54,459 nucleotides of DNA. Origin: an uncultured Erysipelotrichaceae bacterium. Its GTDB lineage: Bacteria; Bacillota_I; Bacilli_A; RFN20; CAG-288. The DNA lies in the NCBI GenBank assembly GCA_902773085.1, contig CACYDF010000089.1:1-54459 (forward strand), given 5' to 3'. The position numbers were made by a program, and so were the translations under genes. This document shows, piece by piece, positions 23,915-34,123 of the stretch. The notes beneath the pieces were generated by a model. That model ran no database searches. It was not told the origin of the DNA and was given only the letters and a program-made list of their open reading frames with translations. The stretch's first letter is position 1, and every line of letters starts with the position of its first letter.

Positions 23915-23932
23915 ATATTTCGGGAGAAAAAC

Positions 23933-26338
23933 ATGTTTGACCACAAAAAAGTAGAAATTAAATGGGAAAAAAGATGGGAGAAAGAAAAAGTATATAAAAC
24001 AGATACTTCTGACTTTTCAAAACCTAAATATTATATCTTGGATATGTTTCCATACCCAAGTGCTGTCGGACTTCATGTAGGACATGTTGAAGGTTATACT
24101 GCAACTGATGCCTTAAGTAGAATGAAAAGGATGCAAGGATATAATGTGCTTCATCCTATTGGATACGACGCTTTTGGTCTTCCTGCAGAGCAGTTTGCGA
24201 TTAAAAATAACAAAAATCCAAAGATTTATACCGATCAAAATATCGAAAATTTTCAAAAGCAGCTAAAAAGACTTGGATTTTCGTATGATTGGGATAGAGT
24301 AGTAAAAACAAGCGATCCAAAGTATTATAAGTGGACTCAAACTATTTTTAATATGCTTTATGACCAAGGACTAGCATATGAAGATTATAGAGCAGTAAAT
24401 TATTGCCCAAAATTAGGTACAGTTCTTGCAAATGAGGAAGTAATTGACGGAAAAAGCGAAAGAGGAGGCTATCCAGTAGAAAAAAGGCTCATGAAACAAT
24501 GGGTTTTAAAGATTACGGCCTATGCAGAAGAACTTCTAGAAGGACTTAGTACTATAGAATGGCCACAATCTACTATTGCAATGCAAAAAAACTGGATTGG
24601 TAAGTCAAAAGGCGTAGTTATTACCTTTAAAGTCAAAGATAATGATACAAAGTTTGATGTATATACAACAAGAGTAGATACCTTATATGGATGTACATAT
24701 GTTGTACTAGCTCCTGAACATGAACTAGTTAAAAAACTAGTATCAAAAGAACAGAAAAAAGAAGTAGAACAATATATCAAAGAAACAAACAAAAAATCAG
24801 ACATAGAAAGAAATGATACATCTAAAGAAAAAACAGGAGTATTTTTAGGATGTTATGCTATCAATCCAATTAATGGAGAAGAGGTCCCAATTTACATTGG
24901 AGACTATGTATTATCTAGTTATGGATGTGGAGCAGTAATGGCTGTTCCAGCACACGATCAAAGAGACTATGAATTTGCAAAAAAACATAATCTAAAAATT
25001 AAACAAGTTTTGGAAGGAGATATCTCTAAGCATGCATTTGAAGATGATGGTGTTCACATTAATTCCGAAGAAGCTAATGGATTAAATATAGCAGATGCAA
25101 AATCGAAGATTACTGAGAAATTAATTAGTTTAAAAGCAGGAAGATATCAAACAAATTATAAGTTAAGAGATTGGCTATTTTCTCGACAAAGATATTGGGG
25201 AGAACCAATACCTATTATTCATTTAGAAGATGGGACAATTGCAGTAGAGAGAAAGCTTCCTTTAATATTACCAGAACTTGAAGATTATAAGCCTTCAAAA
25301 GATGGCAAAGCACCTTTATCAAAAGCAAGTAAATGGTTAGAAGTAAAAGTAGGATCAAAAAAAGGAACTAGAGAGATTAATACAATGCCACAATGGGCAG
25401 GGTCAAGTTGGTATTATGCTAGATACATTGATCCTAAAAATGATAAAGAAATTGGAGATAAGAAGTTGCTTGATCATTGGCTACCAGTTGATGTTTACAT
25501 AGGTGGTGCAGAACATGCTGTACTTCACTTGTTGTACGCAAGATTCTGGCACAAATTTTTACATAACCAAGGTATATTTAAATCAAGTGAACCATTTAAA
25601 AAACTTTATCATCAAGGACTAATATTAGGAACTGATGGGCAGAAGATGTCAAAGTCTGCAGGTAATGCAGTTTCACCAGATGAAATTATAGAAGAATTTG
25701 GAGCAGATGCTTTACGACTTTATGAGATGTTTAAAGGGCCAGTTGATCAGTCTCTTCCTTGGTCTATACAAGGGCCAAAAGCTGCAAAGAAGTTTATTGA
25801 TAGATTCTATAGATTATTTATAGATAGCCAATTTAAACAAATAACAACCGACAAGAACAACGACAAGTTGGATTATGTATACAACTATACAATTAAGAAA
25901 TGCACTCAAGATTATGAGATGCTACATTTCAATACAGGTGTATCTCAAATTATGATTTTTGTTAATGCATTATATGAAGCAAATTCTATTCCAAAAAAGA
26001 TGCTCGTTGATTTAGCAAAATTAATTGCACCAATCTGCCCTCATCTTGGTCAGGAATGTTATTCTTTAATATGTGATAACAATGAATTGATTGACTATAC
26101 TTCTTGGCCAAAATACAAGGAAGAAAAAATTAGTGCTAAACCAATCACATATGCAGTTCAAGTTAACGGAAAACTTCGTGGTACTATTGAATATAAGTTT
26201 GATGCTAATGATAAAGAACTTGAAGAGTTAAAAGAGAAAGCAGTTAAATTAGAAAGTGTAAAAACTTATTTAGAGAATAAAGAAATAATAAAAATAATTG
26301 TTGTAAAAAATAAGATAATTTCTATTGTAGTTAAGTAG
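23933..26338 (+). CDS. leuS: Leucine--tRNA ligase
   Basis: HIGH-type motif (GLHVGHVEGY), KMSKS (QKMSKSAGN), and CP1 editing-domain length. 801 aa. Confidence 0.96.
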   Translation: MFDHKKVEIKWEKRWEKEKVYKTDTSDFSKPKYYILDMFPYPSAVGLHVGHVEGYTATDALSRMKRMQGYNVLHPIGYDAFGLPAEQFAIKNNKNPKIYTDQNIENFQKQLKRLGFSYDWDRVVKTSDPKYYKWTQTIFNMLYDQGLAYEDYRAVNYCPKLGTVLANEEVIDGKSERGGYPVEKRLMKQWVLKITAYAEELLEGLSTIEWPQSTIAMQKNWIGKSKGVVITFKVKDNDTKFDVYTTRVDTLYGCTYVVLAPEHELVKKLVSKEQKKEVEQYIKETNKKSDIERNDTSKEKTGVFLGCYAINPINGEEVPIYIGDYVLSSYGCGAVMAVPAHDQRDYEFAKKHNLKIKQVLEGDISKHAFEDDGVHINSEEANGLNIADAKSKITEKLISLKAGRYQTNYKLRDWLFSRQRYWGEPIPIIHLEDGTIAVERKLPLILPELEDYKPSKDGKAPLSKASKWLEVKVGSKKGTREINTMPQWAGSSWYYARYIDPKNDKEIGDKKLLDHWLPVDVYIGGAEHAVLHLLYARFWHKFLHNQGIFKSSEPFKKLYHQGLILGTDGQKMSKSAGNAVSPDEIIEEFGADALRLYEMFKGPVDQSLPWSIQGPKAAKKFIDRFYRLFIDSQFKQITTDKNNDKLDYVYNYTIKKCTQDYEMLHFNTGVSQIMIFVNALYEANSIPKKMLVDLAKLIAPICPHLGQECYSLICDNNELIDYTSWPKYKEEKISAKPITYAVQVNGKLRGTIEYKFDANDKELEELKEKAVKLESVKTYLENKEIIKIIVVKNKIISIVVK

Positions 26339-26346
26339 GTAACAAA

Positions 26347-27651
26347 ATGTATTTATGGCATGAAGTTTTATTCTTGGTTCTATTAATAATTAACTTAGTT
26401 TTTTTATTCCTTTTTTCAATACCAATTTTACTTCAGATTTTTCAAGTTACTGTTGCGTTATTATCAAGAAAAAAGAGATTTCCAAAAGCAGAAAGAAAAG
26501 TTAGCTTTGCTTTTATTATTCCAGCTCATAATGAAGAAGATGTAATCTATGATACAGTTAAAGATATTTTAGATAATCAAGATTATGATAAAGAACTAAT
26601 TAAGGTTTATGTAGTTGCAGATAACTGTAATGATAAAACAGAAGCACTTGCAAAAAAAGCAGGCGCCATTACTCTTGTAAGAAATGATCCAGATCCGGCA
26701 CATCATGCTGCAAGATTTCCTCTTCAATACGGCATTGACTATATTTTAAAAAACAGTGATGCAGAGCTAATAGTTCATGCCGATGCAGATAATCATTTTA
26801 ATAATGAATTTTGCTCGTTAATGAATGATGCATATGTAAGTAAAAATTATCATTTTTTAAGACCATTTGAAGGAGCAATAAACGGTACTCAAAATTTCTA
26901 TACTAAAGCATGCTGCTTTTTCTATGCATTTGATTCTAGACTCGGAGCTAGAAGTAGAGAAGTTCTTCGCCTAGCTCAACATGTTCAAGGAAGTGGAGCA
27001 ACAATGTCTAGAGAACTTTTATTAAAATGTGGGGGGTATGATTCAACTTCTATTTCTGATGATGCTGAATTCTGTTTTCGAAGATTACTTGATGGAACCA
27101 AGGCTCACTTTGTTGAAGATGCTATTGTTTATGAAGACATGCCATCAACTGCTAAAGATACCTTTGCTAGAAACTCAAGAATAAAGTTTGGAGCAAAAGA
27201 ATTATTTAAAGAGCATATATCTAAAATGCCTAAAATGTTTTTTAAAACTGGTGATTTTTCGTTTTTAGAAATACCTTTAACTTATATCTGGCTTTTTATA
27301 GGTGCACCATTTATTGTTTGGTTATTAACATTTATTGTTTCGTTTTTTACATATGTAGGTCTATCAATTGGAGGAATTATTCCTTTAAGTGGTTTTTCAA
27401 TAGAAGGATTTAAACATATGTTATGGATGATAGCGAATGTTTCAATTGTAATATTAATATTTGTTTTCCTTCTTTTTTATGTATCTGTTGGATTTATATT
27501 AATTAAGAATTATAAAATGTATGGTGCAAAAAAAAGAAGAGAAATGATATCTTTGGTTTTATTTCTTCCATTTTATTTAGCTGTTTATTCTTTTTCTTTA
27601 AATGATAAGAAGCAAAAGACGCATGGATGGGAAAAAATAAAAAGAAACTGA
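26347..27651 (+). CDS. Membrane-embedded family-2 glycosyltransferase (synthase-type)
   Basis: N-terminal TM helices, FAFIIPAHNEEDVI...VVADNCNDKT...HADADNH GT-A motifs, and several C-terminal TM helices. Confidence 0.78.
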   Translation: MYLWHEVLFLVLLIINLVFLFLFSIPILLQIFQVTVALLSRKKRFPKAERKVSFAFIIPAHNEEDVIYDTVKDILDNQDYDKELIKVYVVADNCNDKTEALAKKAGAITLVRNDPDPAHHAARFPLQYGIDYILKNSDAELIVHADADNHFNNEFCSLMNDAYVSKNYHFLRPFEGAINGTQNFYTKACCFFYAFDSRLGARSREVLRLAQHVQGSGATMSRELLLKCGGYDSTSISDDAEFCFRRLLDGTKAHFVEDAIVYEDMPSTAKDTFARNSRIKFGAKELFKEHISKMPKMFFKTGDFSFLEIPLTYIWLFIGAPFIVWLLTFIVSFFTYVGLSIGGIIPLSGFSIEGFKHMLWMIANVSIVILIFVFLLFYVSVGFILIKNYKMYGAKKRREMISLVLFLPFYLAVYSFSLNDKKQKTHGWEKIKRN

Positions 27652-27672
27652 TAGTATGGTAAAATTGACAAG

Positions 27673-28596
27673 ATGAGCGAGATATTAAAAGTTGAAAACC
27701 TTACTAAAAGATATGATGAAATATTGGCTGTAGATAATATTTCTTTTGACGTACAAAAAGGAGATTTATTTGCTTTTTTAGGCGTAAATGGGGCAGGGAA
27801 GTCCACAACTATCAATATTATTTGTTCTATTATCAGTAAAGATAGTGGAAAGGTTTTTATTGAAGGATTAGATTTAGATACCCATAGAAAAGAAATAAAA
27901 AAGAAATTAGGAGTAGTTTTCCAATCATCTGTTTTAGATGAAAGATTAACAGTATATGATAATTTACGATATCGTCTTTCTTTCTATCCTATGGATAGAA
28001 TCCAAGAAAAAGAATCTTTAAATAATATTATTAAGTTATTAGAATTAGAACCTATTGTTAATCGACCAATTAAAAAGTTATCAGGTGGTCAAAAAAGAAG
28101 AGTAGATATTGCAAGAGCAATTTCACATAACCCAAAGTTTTTAATTTTAGATGAACCAACGACAGGATTAGATCCTCAAACAAGAAAGACGGTTTGGTCA
28201 ATATTAGATAAGATTAGAACCGAAACTGGAATGACGATATTTTTAACCACTCATTATTTAGAAGAAGCAGAACTTGCAAGTGATGTAGTTGTAATGGATA
28301 AAGGAAGAATAATAACTCGTGGAACACCAAATGAATTAAAAAATAAATATTCATATGACTATATCCTTTCTTATTCTAAGCAAAATAATACATTCGAAAA
28401 TTTATTAAAGAAAGAAAAGATAGAATTTTCATTCAATAACGAACAAAATTTCTATGTATTAAAAATAAAGGATACAAAAGATGCAAAGAGACTAATATCT
28501 AAATATGACACATATCTTAGTGACATTGAAATAAAAAAAGGAACTATGGATGATGTATTTTTAAATATTACTGGGAGTAAGTCATTAAATGAATAA
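27673..28596 (+). CDS. ABC transporter ATP-binding protein (ABC-2/DrrA-like subfamily)
   Basis: Walker A GVNGAGKST, signature LSGGQKRR, Walker B FLILDEPTTGLD, H-loop TTHY. Confidence 0.9.
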   Translation: MSEILKVENLTKRYDEILAVDNISFDVQKGDLFAFLGVNGAGKSTTINIICSIISKDSGKVFIEGLDLDTHRKEIKKKLGVVFQSSVLDERLTVYDNLRYRLSFYPMDRIQEKESLNNIIKLLELEPIVNRPIKKLSGGQKRRVDIARAISHNPKFLILDEPTTGLDPQTRKTVWSILDKIRTETGMTIFLTTHYLEEAELASDVVVMDKGRIITRGTPNELKNKYSYDYILSYSKQNNTFENLLKKEKIEFSFNNEQNFYVLKIKDTKDAKRLISKYDTYLSDIEIKKGTMDDVFLNITGSKSLNE

Positions 28597-29593
28597 AGAG
28601 AACTTTAAACATTCTTTTCATCTTTATACTAGTTTAGTCTCTAGGCATTTAAAAGTTCTTCTTACTAATGCTATAAGACTTTTTTATACTCTCCTTGTTC
28701 CAGTTGTTTTACTTGTTGTTTATTTTATTTTTCTAAGAGGGCTTGAAGTATCAACTGTAGAAAATGAATTACTTAGAATAGGAGTTAACACTAGTGACAA
28801 CCAAGTTATTCCTTTAATAAATACAGTAATAGATTCATGGATGTTATCAGGAGTTATATGTCTAAGTAGTATAACTATTTCACTTCAAATTTGTTCATTA
28901 CTTGTAGAAGATAAAGTTAATAAAGTTGTTAGAGATTTTGTCTCTTCTCCAATAGATCCAAACATACTATATTTGTCTTATTTTTCATTCCTATTTATTG
29001 TTACATTTTTGTTAAGTATTGTAGTGTTATTAGTGTGTTTTATTTGCCTAGGAATCTTAGGGGAATTTATGTTCTCTTTTAGTATGATACTAATCTTATT
29101 TTTAATAGTTGTATTAACTAATATTTTTTCTTCTTTAACTGCTTTGTTTGTTTCATCTTTAGTAAAAAGTGAACCAGTGCTTGCTTCTATTGCTGCACTT
29201 GTTTCTACTGCTGCAGGATTTCTAATTGGTGCTTATATGCCACTTGGGCTTTTACCAAAAGGTGTTCAATATTTCTGCGCTTTTATTCCATGGACTTACT
29301 CATGTGCACTTTTAAGATATTGTTTTTTATCTATACCTTTTGAAATGGTTAGTAACACATTATCTGATTCAACAAAGATTACTCTCCCAAGCGGCATTAC
29401 TCCTGAAAAAATTAATCAATTATTAACAGATAACTTCTCATATAAAATTAATTTTTTTGGAATATATTTAGAACCGTGGCATTCAGCAATTATTACAGTC
29501 GGCTTTATTATAATCTTCATAGTTTTATGCAAGTTAACAACTAAAAATTTAATTAATCTTGATAAGCCAAATAAAAAAGGTAAAGTGAAATGA
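28589..29593 (+). CDS. ABC-2-type transporter permease
   Basis: About six hydrophobic helices. 8-nt overlap with the upstream ATPase gene. Confidence 0.72.
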   Translation: MNKENFKHSFHLYTSLVSRHLKVLLTNAIRLFYTLLVPVVLLVVYFIFLRGLEVSTVENELLRIGVNTSDNQVIPLINTVIDSWMLSGVICLSSITISLQICSLLVEDKVNKVVRDFVSSPIDPNILYLSYFSFLFIVTFLLSIVVLLVCFICLGILGEFMFSFSMILILFLIVVLTNIFSSLTALFVSSLVKSEPVLASIAALVSTAAGFLIGAYMPLGLLPKGVQYFCAFIPWTYSCALLRYCFLSIPFEMVSNTLSDSTKITLPSGITPEKINQLLTDNFSYKINFFGIYLEPWHSAIITVGFIIIFIVLCKLTTKNLINLDKPNKKGKVK

Positions 29594-30948
29594 TTGTATT
29601 TGATACTATATGTGCACTTGCTACCCCTCCTTACAAAAGTGCGCTTGCAATCGTAAGACTTTCTGGAGAACAAGCTTTACCTATTTTAAGGCAAATAACA
29701 AAAAGAGATTTAGACAAGATAAAGCCAAATTATGCTTTTTATACAAAGTTGTTTAAAGATAAAAATAACGAAAACACAAAGATTGATGAGTGTATTGTTG
29801 TTTATTATAAAGGTCCAGAATCTTATACAGGAAATGATAGTGTAGACTTTTTCTTACATGGTAATCCTGTTATTTGTGAAGAGTTGCTTTCGACTTTAGT
29901 GGCTCTTGGAGCTAGAAGAGCCAACAAAGGAGAGTTCTCTGCTCAGGCCTATTTTAATTCCAAGTTTGATTTGCTAAAAGCACAAGGAATAAACGATTTA
30001 ATTAACGCAAATACTCTGCGATCTAAAAATCTTGCACTAAATACTTTGGGTGGAAAAAACACAAAACTAATTAACAAAATAAAAGAAGAAATTTTGTTAT
30101 CTATTTCAAGCATGGAATACTATATCGAAGATCAATATATTGAAAATGATTTAGAAGCAAATAATGAACTTGATAATACAAAAAGCAAAATTCAAAAACT
30201 AATTGATGAAATAGATTATCATTTACAAAATACAAAGAAAAATAATTTTATATATAAAGGTGTTAATGTAGGAATTATTGGAAAGTCCAATGTTGGTAAG
30301 TCGACTTTATTAAATGCGTTACTAAAAAAAGAAAAGGCAATTGTTTCTTCAATTCCAGGAACAACAAGAGACGTAGTTGAAGGAGAGATTGAACTATCTG
30401 GCATTAAGATTATTTTTAATGATACGGCAGGTATTAGACTAACTAAAAGCAGAATAGAAAATCTAGGTATTAAAAAGACATATGAGATAATAAAAAAGTC
30501 AGATTTATTACTATTACTAAGTGATACTAATTTTGATATGTTTAAAGGAAAGAAAATACTATCATTAATAAAGAATAAACCCTGCATTAAAGTTCAGACA
30601 AAAAAAGATTTAAATAAGAAAGGAAAAGAAGATGAAGCTGATATTTTTATTTCGGCATTAAAAGAAGATATTAAACCTCTTACTGATTTAATACTAAAGA
30701 AACTAGACTTATTAAATGTTGAAGAAGGGTACTTCCTTGGGCAAAGAGATGTAGACTACTTAACAAAGATAAGTAATCAGCTAAAAGATGCAAAAGAATC
30801 AATAAATATAATAAACGAAATAGAAATATGTTCTGATAAACTTAGGGTAGTGATTAATACTATAAATGAATATCTTGGGAATAATGAAGCAAAAACTGCT
30901 GAAGATATATATGAAACTTTGTTTTCACATTTTTGTTTGGGTAAATAA
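29590..30948 (+). CDS. mnmE: tRNA modification GTPase MnmE
   Basis: N-terminal DTICALATPP...AIVRLSG, G-domain GKSNVGKSTLLNAL / DTAGIR, and C-terminal FCLGK tetrapeptide. Confidence 0.94.
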   Translation: MIVFDTICALATPPYKSALAIVRLSGEQALPILRQITKRDLDKIKPNYAFYTKLFKDKNNENTKIDECIVVYYKGPESYTGNDSVDFFLHGNPVICEELLSTLVALGARRANKGEFSAQAYFNSKFDLLKAQGINDLINANTLRSKNLALNTLGGKNTKLINKIKEEILLSISSMEYYIEDQYIENDLEANNELDNTKSKIQKLIDEIDYHLQNTKKNNFIYKGVNVGIIGKSNVGKSTLLNALLKKEKAIVSSIPGTTRDVVEGEIELSGIKIIFNDTAGIRLTKSRIENLGIKKTYEIIKKSDLLLLLSDTNFDMFKGKKILSLIKNKPCIKVQTKKDLNKKGKEDEADIFISALKEDIKPLTDLILKKLDLLNVEEGYFLGQRDVDYLTKISNQLKDAKESINIINEIEICSDKLRVVINTINEYLGNNEAKTAEDIYETLFSHFCLGK

Positions 30949-31731
30949 ATGAAATATTTAGATTGTCACGCACATTTATATGACGAAAAATTATGTAATC
31001 AAATAGATGATATTGTTTCTTCATCTAAAAGAAATGGTTGTGTTGGTATTTATAATTGTGGAGATTCTTTAGATTCATTAACGAAAATATTATCAATAAA
31101 AGACCAATATTCAGACATTTGTCATGCAGTTTTAGGTATTCATCCTGAATTTGCACTTGAAAATGATGATTACTTTAAGCAAGCTTATGAAATAATTAAT
31201 AAAAATATATCAAATATTGAAGCTATAGGCGAAATTGGTCTAGATTATCATTATTCTAAGGAAGAAAAATTAAAAATTAAGCAAAAAGAACTGTTTATTG
31301 AGCAAATCAGACTAGCAAAAAGACATAATTTACCAATTGTAGTTCATTCTCGAGATGCAGGAGAAGATACATTGAAGATAATAAAGGAAGAAAAGCCTAT
31401 AAAAACATATCTACACTGCTATAGTGATTCAAAAGAGATATTTAATCAATATTTAAAACTTGGAATACCAGTTTTCTTTGGAATTGGAGGAGTATTAACA
31501 TTTAAGAATGCAAAAACTATTCAAGATATTGTTTCTTCAAGTTCTCTAGATGTCTTTTTAAGTGAAACAGATTCACCATATCTTTCACCAGAGCCATATA
31601 GAGGAAAGATTAATACTCCTGCTAATATTCCATTAATTATTAAACAAGTTTCAAAATTAAAGAATATAGATGAAGAAAAAGTAGCTAAAATATTATTAGA
31701 TAACGGAGAAAGGTTTTATGGAATTAAATAA
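30949..31731 (+). CDS. tatD: TatD-family metal-dependent hydrolase/DNase
   Basis: LDCHAHL, EIGLDYHY, VVHSRDA, ETDSPYL motifs. Confidence 0.9.
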   Translation: MKYLDCHAHLYDEKLCNQIDDIVSSSKRNGCVGIYNCGDSLDSLTKILSIKDQYSDICHAVLGIHPEFALENDDYFKQAYEIINKNISNIEAIGEIGLDYHYSKEEKLKIKQKELFIEQIRLAKRHNLPIVVHSRDAGEDTLKIIKEEKPIKTYLHCYSDSKEIFNQYLKLGIPVFFGIGGVLTFKNAKTIQDIVSSSSLDVFLSETDSPYLSPEPYRGKINTPANIPLIIKQVSKLKNIDEEKVAKILLDNGERFYGIK

Positions 31732-32272
31732 TATAGGTGATAATAGATATCTCTATGTGTGTGAAGGAAAAACTGACTCTGATAGACTTAAGAAATTAGG
31801 ATGCCTTTTTGTTGTTGAAACTGGTGGGAAATATATTCCAAGAGAAGTAATAGAGTTTTTAAAAGAAGTTCATAAAATTAGAGAAATAGTTTTAGTCCTT
31901 GATCCTGACTCTCCTGGAAAAGAAATAAAGGAAAAATTAAAAAGAGAACTTGGTAAATGCTTAACTTGTTATGTTAAACAAAAAGATGCCAAAGACTCAA
32001 ACAATAAAATCGGTATTGCACAAGCAAAAAGTGAAGTACTAAAAGAAGCCCTAGCACCATTTATTAAACATGATTTATTTATAGATGAAAACTTATCTTT
32101 AGGAGATGACGATTATTACGAACTAGGTTTATCTGGAGAAAGCAGCAGAGAGAAAAGAGAAAAAGTAGTTAAACATTTTAGAATACCTTTTCAAACAAAC
32201 AAAAAGATAGAAGATGCATTATTAATGCTCAGTATAACTAGATCAGAAATAGAGGATATTATCGATGAATGA
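31718..32272 (+). CDS. rnmV: Ribonuclease M5 (Toprim domain)
   Basis: VCEGKTDSDRLKKLG and VLDPDSPGKEIK Toprim motifs. Conserved tatD-rnmV-rsmA order as in Bacillus. Confidence 0.87.
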   Translation: MELNNIGDNRYLYVCEGKTDSDRLKKLGCLFVVETGGKYIPREVIEFLKEVHKIREIVLVLDPDSPGKEIKEKLKRELGKCLTCYVKQKDAKDSNNKIGIAQAKSEVLKEALAPFIKHDLFIDENLSLGDDDYYELGLSGESSREKREKVVKHFRIPFQTNKKIEDALLMLSITRSEIEDIIDE

Positions 32273-33074
32273 AGCAGAAAGAGTAAAAGCCATATTAGTA
32301 AAATATAATATTGTTCCAAAGAAATCTTTTGGTCAAAACTTTTTGATTGATGAACATGTTATTCACTCAATAATTTCTTTATTTGATTATTCTATTTATG
32401 ATGAAGTAATTGAGATTGGTCCAGGTATAGGTGCACTAACTATACCTTTATTTGATAGAGCAAAAAAATTAACAGTTATTGATGCTGATAGAGATATGGT
32501 AAAAATACTAAAAGATATCTTTCAAGACAAAGAAATTACAATCGTACAAAACGACTTTTTAAAGTATGAATTTGAAGATGAAATAGACAAGAATAGATTA
32601 ATAATTGGAAATCTTCCATACAACATAACATCAGCGTTATTGGAAAAATTGATAAAAGGCAACTTTTCTACATTCGGAATAATGGTTCAAAAAGAAGTCG
32701 CTGAAAAACTTATTTATGTTCCTGGTAAAAAGGAGAACACACCCATGGGACTATTCCTTGCTTGTGGATATAAAATTGATGGTGCAGTACAAGTAAAAAG
32801 TAGTTCTTTCTTCCCTTCACCTAAAGTTGATTCGACCTTTATTAGAATAGACAAATATGATGATATTGATTATAAATATTATTTACTTTTTAAGATAATG
32901 TTTAAGGATAATAATAAAGCAATAAAAAACTGTTTAAAACAAAACAAGTTTACAAAAGATTATTTAAGCAAAACCCACAGAGAAGAAATAAATGCTCTTC
33001 TTCTTTTAAGAGCAAGGCAGCTTACTGTTTCGCAAGCAAAATACTTAGCTAAAGATATTCTTAGCAATAAGTAA
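32265..33074 (+). CDS. rsmA: 16S rRNA (adenine1518/1519-N6)-dimethyltransferase
   Basis: KKSFGQNFLID, EIGPGIGALT, GNLPYNITS motifs. Confidence 0.93.
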   Translation: MNEAERVKAILVKYNIVPKKSFGQNFLIDEHVIHSIISLFDYSIYDEVIEIGPGIGALTIPLFDRAKKLTVIDADRDMVKILKDIFQDKEITIVQNDFLKYEFEDEIDKNRLIIGNLPYNITSALLEKLIKGNFSTFGIMVQKEVAEKLIYVPGKKENTPMGLFLACGYKIDGAVQVKSSSFFPSPKVDSTFIRIDKYDDIDYKYYLLFKIMFKDNNKAIKNCLKQNKFTKDYLSKTHREEINALLLLRARQLTVSQAKYLAKDILSNK

Positions 33075-33127
33075 TTGAAAGATTGTTCTTGCTATTCTAT
33101 TTTAGTTTGTAAAAGAATAAAATACAT

Positions 33128-34123
33128 ATGTCTATGGAAAAAGAAAACACAGAAATCTCTCTAATTTATCAAAGCAAAAGTGAGTGGATAAGATCATTAT
33201 TGTTTGGAATTGTCTTAGGCCTTTTTGTTATTATTCCAGGTGTTTCAGGAGCAACGCTTTTAATAAGTTTAGGAGTTTATTATAAAGTAGTTTATGCAGT
33301 TTCAAATATTCTAAAAAAAGGAAAGAAAAAAATGTGTTTTACTTTTCTTCTTCCACTTGTGTTAGGTATATTAATAGGTTTACTAAGTGGTTTATTTTTA
33401 ATTAGATTTTTATTAGATATAGTCCCTTTCTCAACAATCTTTTTATTTGCAGGACTAATGATAGGATCATCCCCTGTTCTATTTAAAGAAATTAAAGGGA
33501 AAGAAAAAAGACCATCTAATATTCTTTTAATGCTTATAGGAACTATTTTTATTTTATTTATTTGTCTCTTGTCTATTTATTTATCAAGAGAAGAATTATT
33601 TTATGGTCAAGAAAAAAGTGTAAGAACTTTAGTTGATGTAGAAACATATTTTTACTTTGTAAGTATCTTAATTGGTTTTGTAATAGGAATTACGCAGGTT
33701 ATTCCAGGATTGTCAGCATCTGCATTTTTAATGATGATAGGATATTATTCAATTATTTTAAATTCTATTCATTTTTCAATCATTATAGAATCACCAATGA
33801 TTATTCTAATATTTGTATTATTAATTGTTGGATTCCTCTTAGGTGTATTAATAACCAACAAAATTATGCTAGTTTCAATGAAAAAGAATAAAGAAAAGAT
33901 GGATTTTTTTATTTCAGGTCTTGCAATTGGTTCAATAATAGCTATTTTTGTTTCTAAAGAACTATTTGAAAAGGTTTATTTGGTTTATTTTTCATCAAAA
34001 ATGTCAACTATACAACTAGTTGACTTTATAATTGGCTTTTTAACTTTTGGTATAGGAATAACTATATCTTTATTAATATCCAGGAAAGCAACAACAAAAG
34101 AAGAAATAAAAGAAATTAACTAA
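33128..34123 (+). CDS. DUF368-family membrane protein (family implicated in undecaprenyl-phosphate recycling)
   Basis: Internal duplication, each half carrying the PG(V/L)S(G/A) motif (VIIPGVSGATLL; VIPGLSASAFLM). Polytopic. Confidence 0.72.
   Translation: MSMEKENTEISLIYQSKSEWIRSLLFGIVLGLFVIIPGVSGATLLISLGVYYKVVYAVSNILKKGKKKMCFTFLLPLVLGILIGLLSGLFLIRFLLDIVPFSTIFLFAGLMIGSSPVLFKEIKGKEKRPSNILLMLIGTIFILFICLLSIYLSREELFYGQEKSVRTLVDVETYFYFVSILIGFVIGITQVIPGLSASAFLMMIGYYSIILNSIHFSIIIESPMIILIFVLLIVGFLLGVLITNKIMLVSMKKNKEKMDFFISGLAIGSIIAIFVSKELFEKVYLVYFSSKMSTIQLVDFIIGFLTFGIGITISLLISRKATTKEEIKEIN

Larger units (their letters stand above)
21865..23932. other. 2.07-kb region without any ORF of 60 aa or more on either strand; repeat- and hairpin-rich
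   Basis: The six-frame track is empty here, while every other intergenic gap in the window is under about 400 bp. Contains the repeat families listed below. Confidence 0.9.

Noticed and set aside
23760-23932. T-box riboswitch leader for leuS. Copy h contains UGGUAC and copies a and f contain (G)GUAC/CGAGA, reminiscent of the T-box GGUGGUACCGCGAGA.
   Set aside because: I could not find a specifier-loop/Stem I architecture, a full T-box 14-mer, or a terminator helix able to pair with it. A TATAAT lies only 19 nt upstream of the leuS ATG, which suggests a short leader. The same motif recurs 10 times over 1.8 kb, which a single leader cannot explain. An Rfam RF00230 scan would settle it.
34116-34123. 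8-nt 3'-end overlap of the convergent DUF368 gene and the M6-like lipoprotein gene
   Set aside because: Tail-to-tail overlaps of a few codons are common in compact AT-rich genomes. I saw no hairpin or other signal, so it is not reported as a finding.
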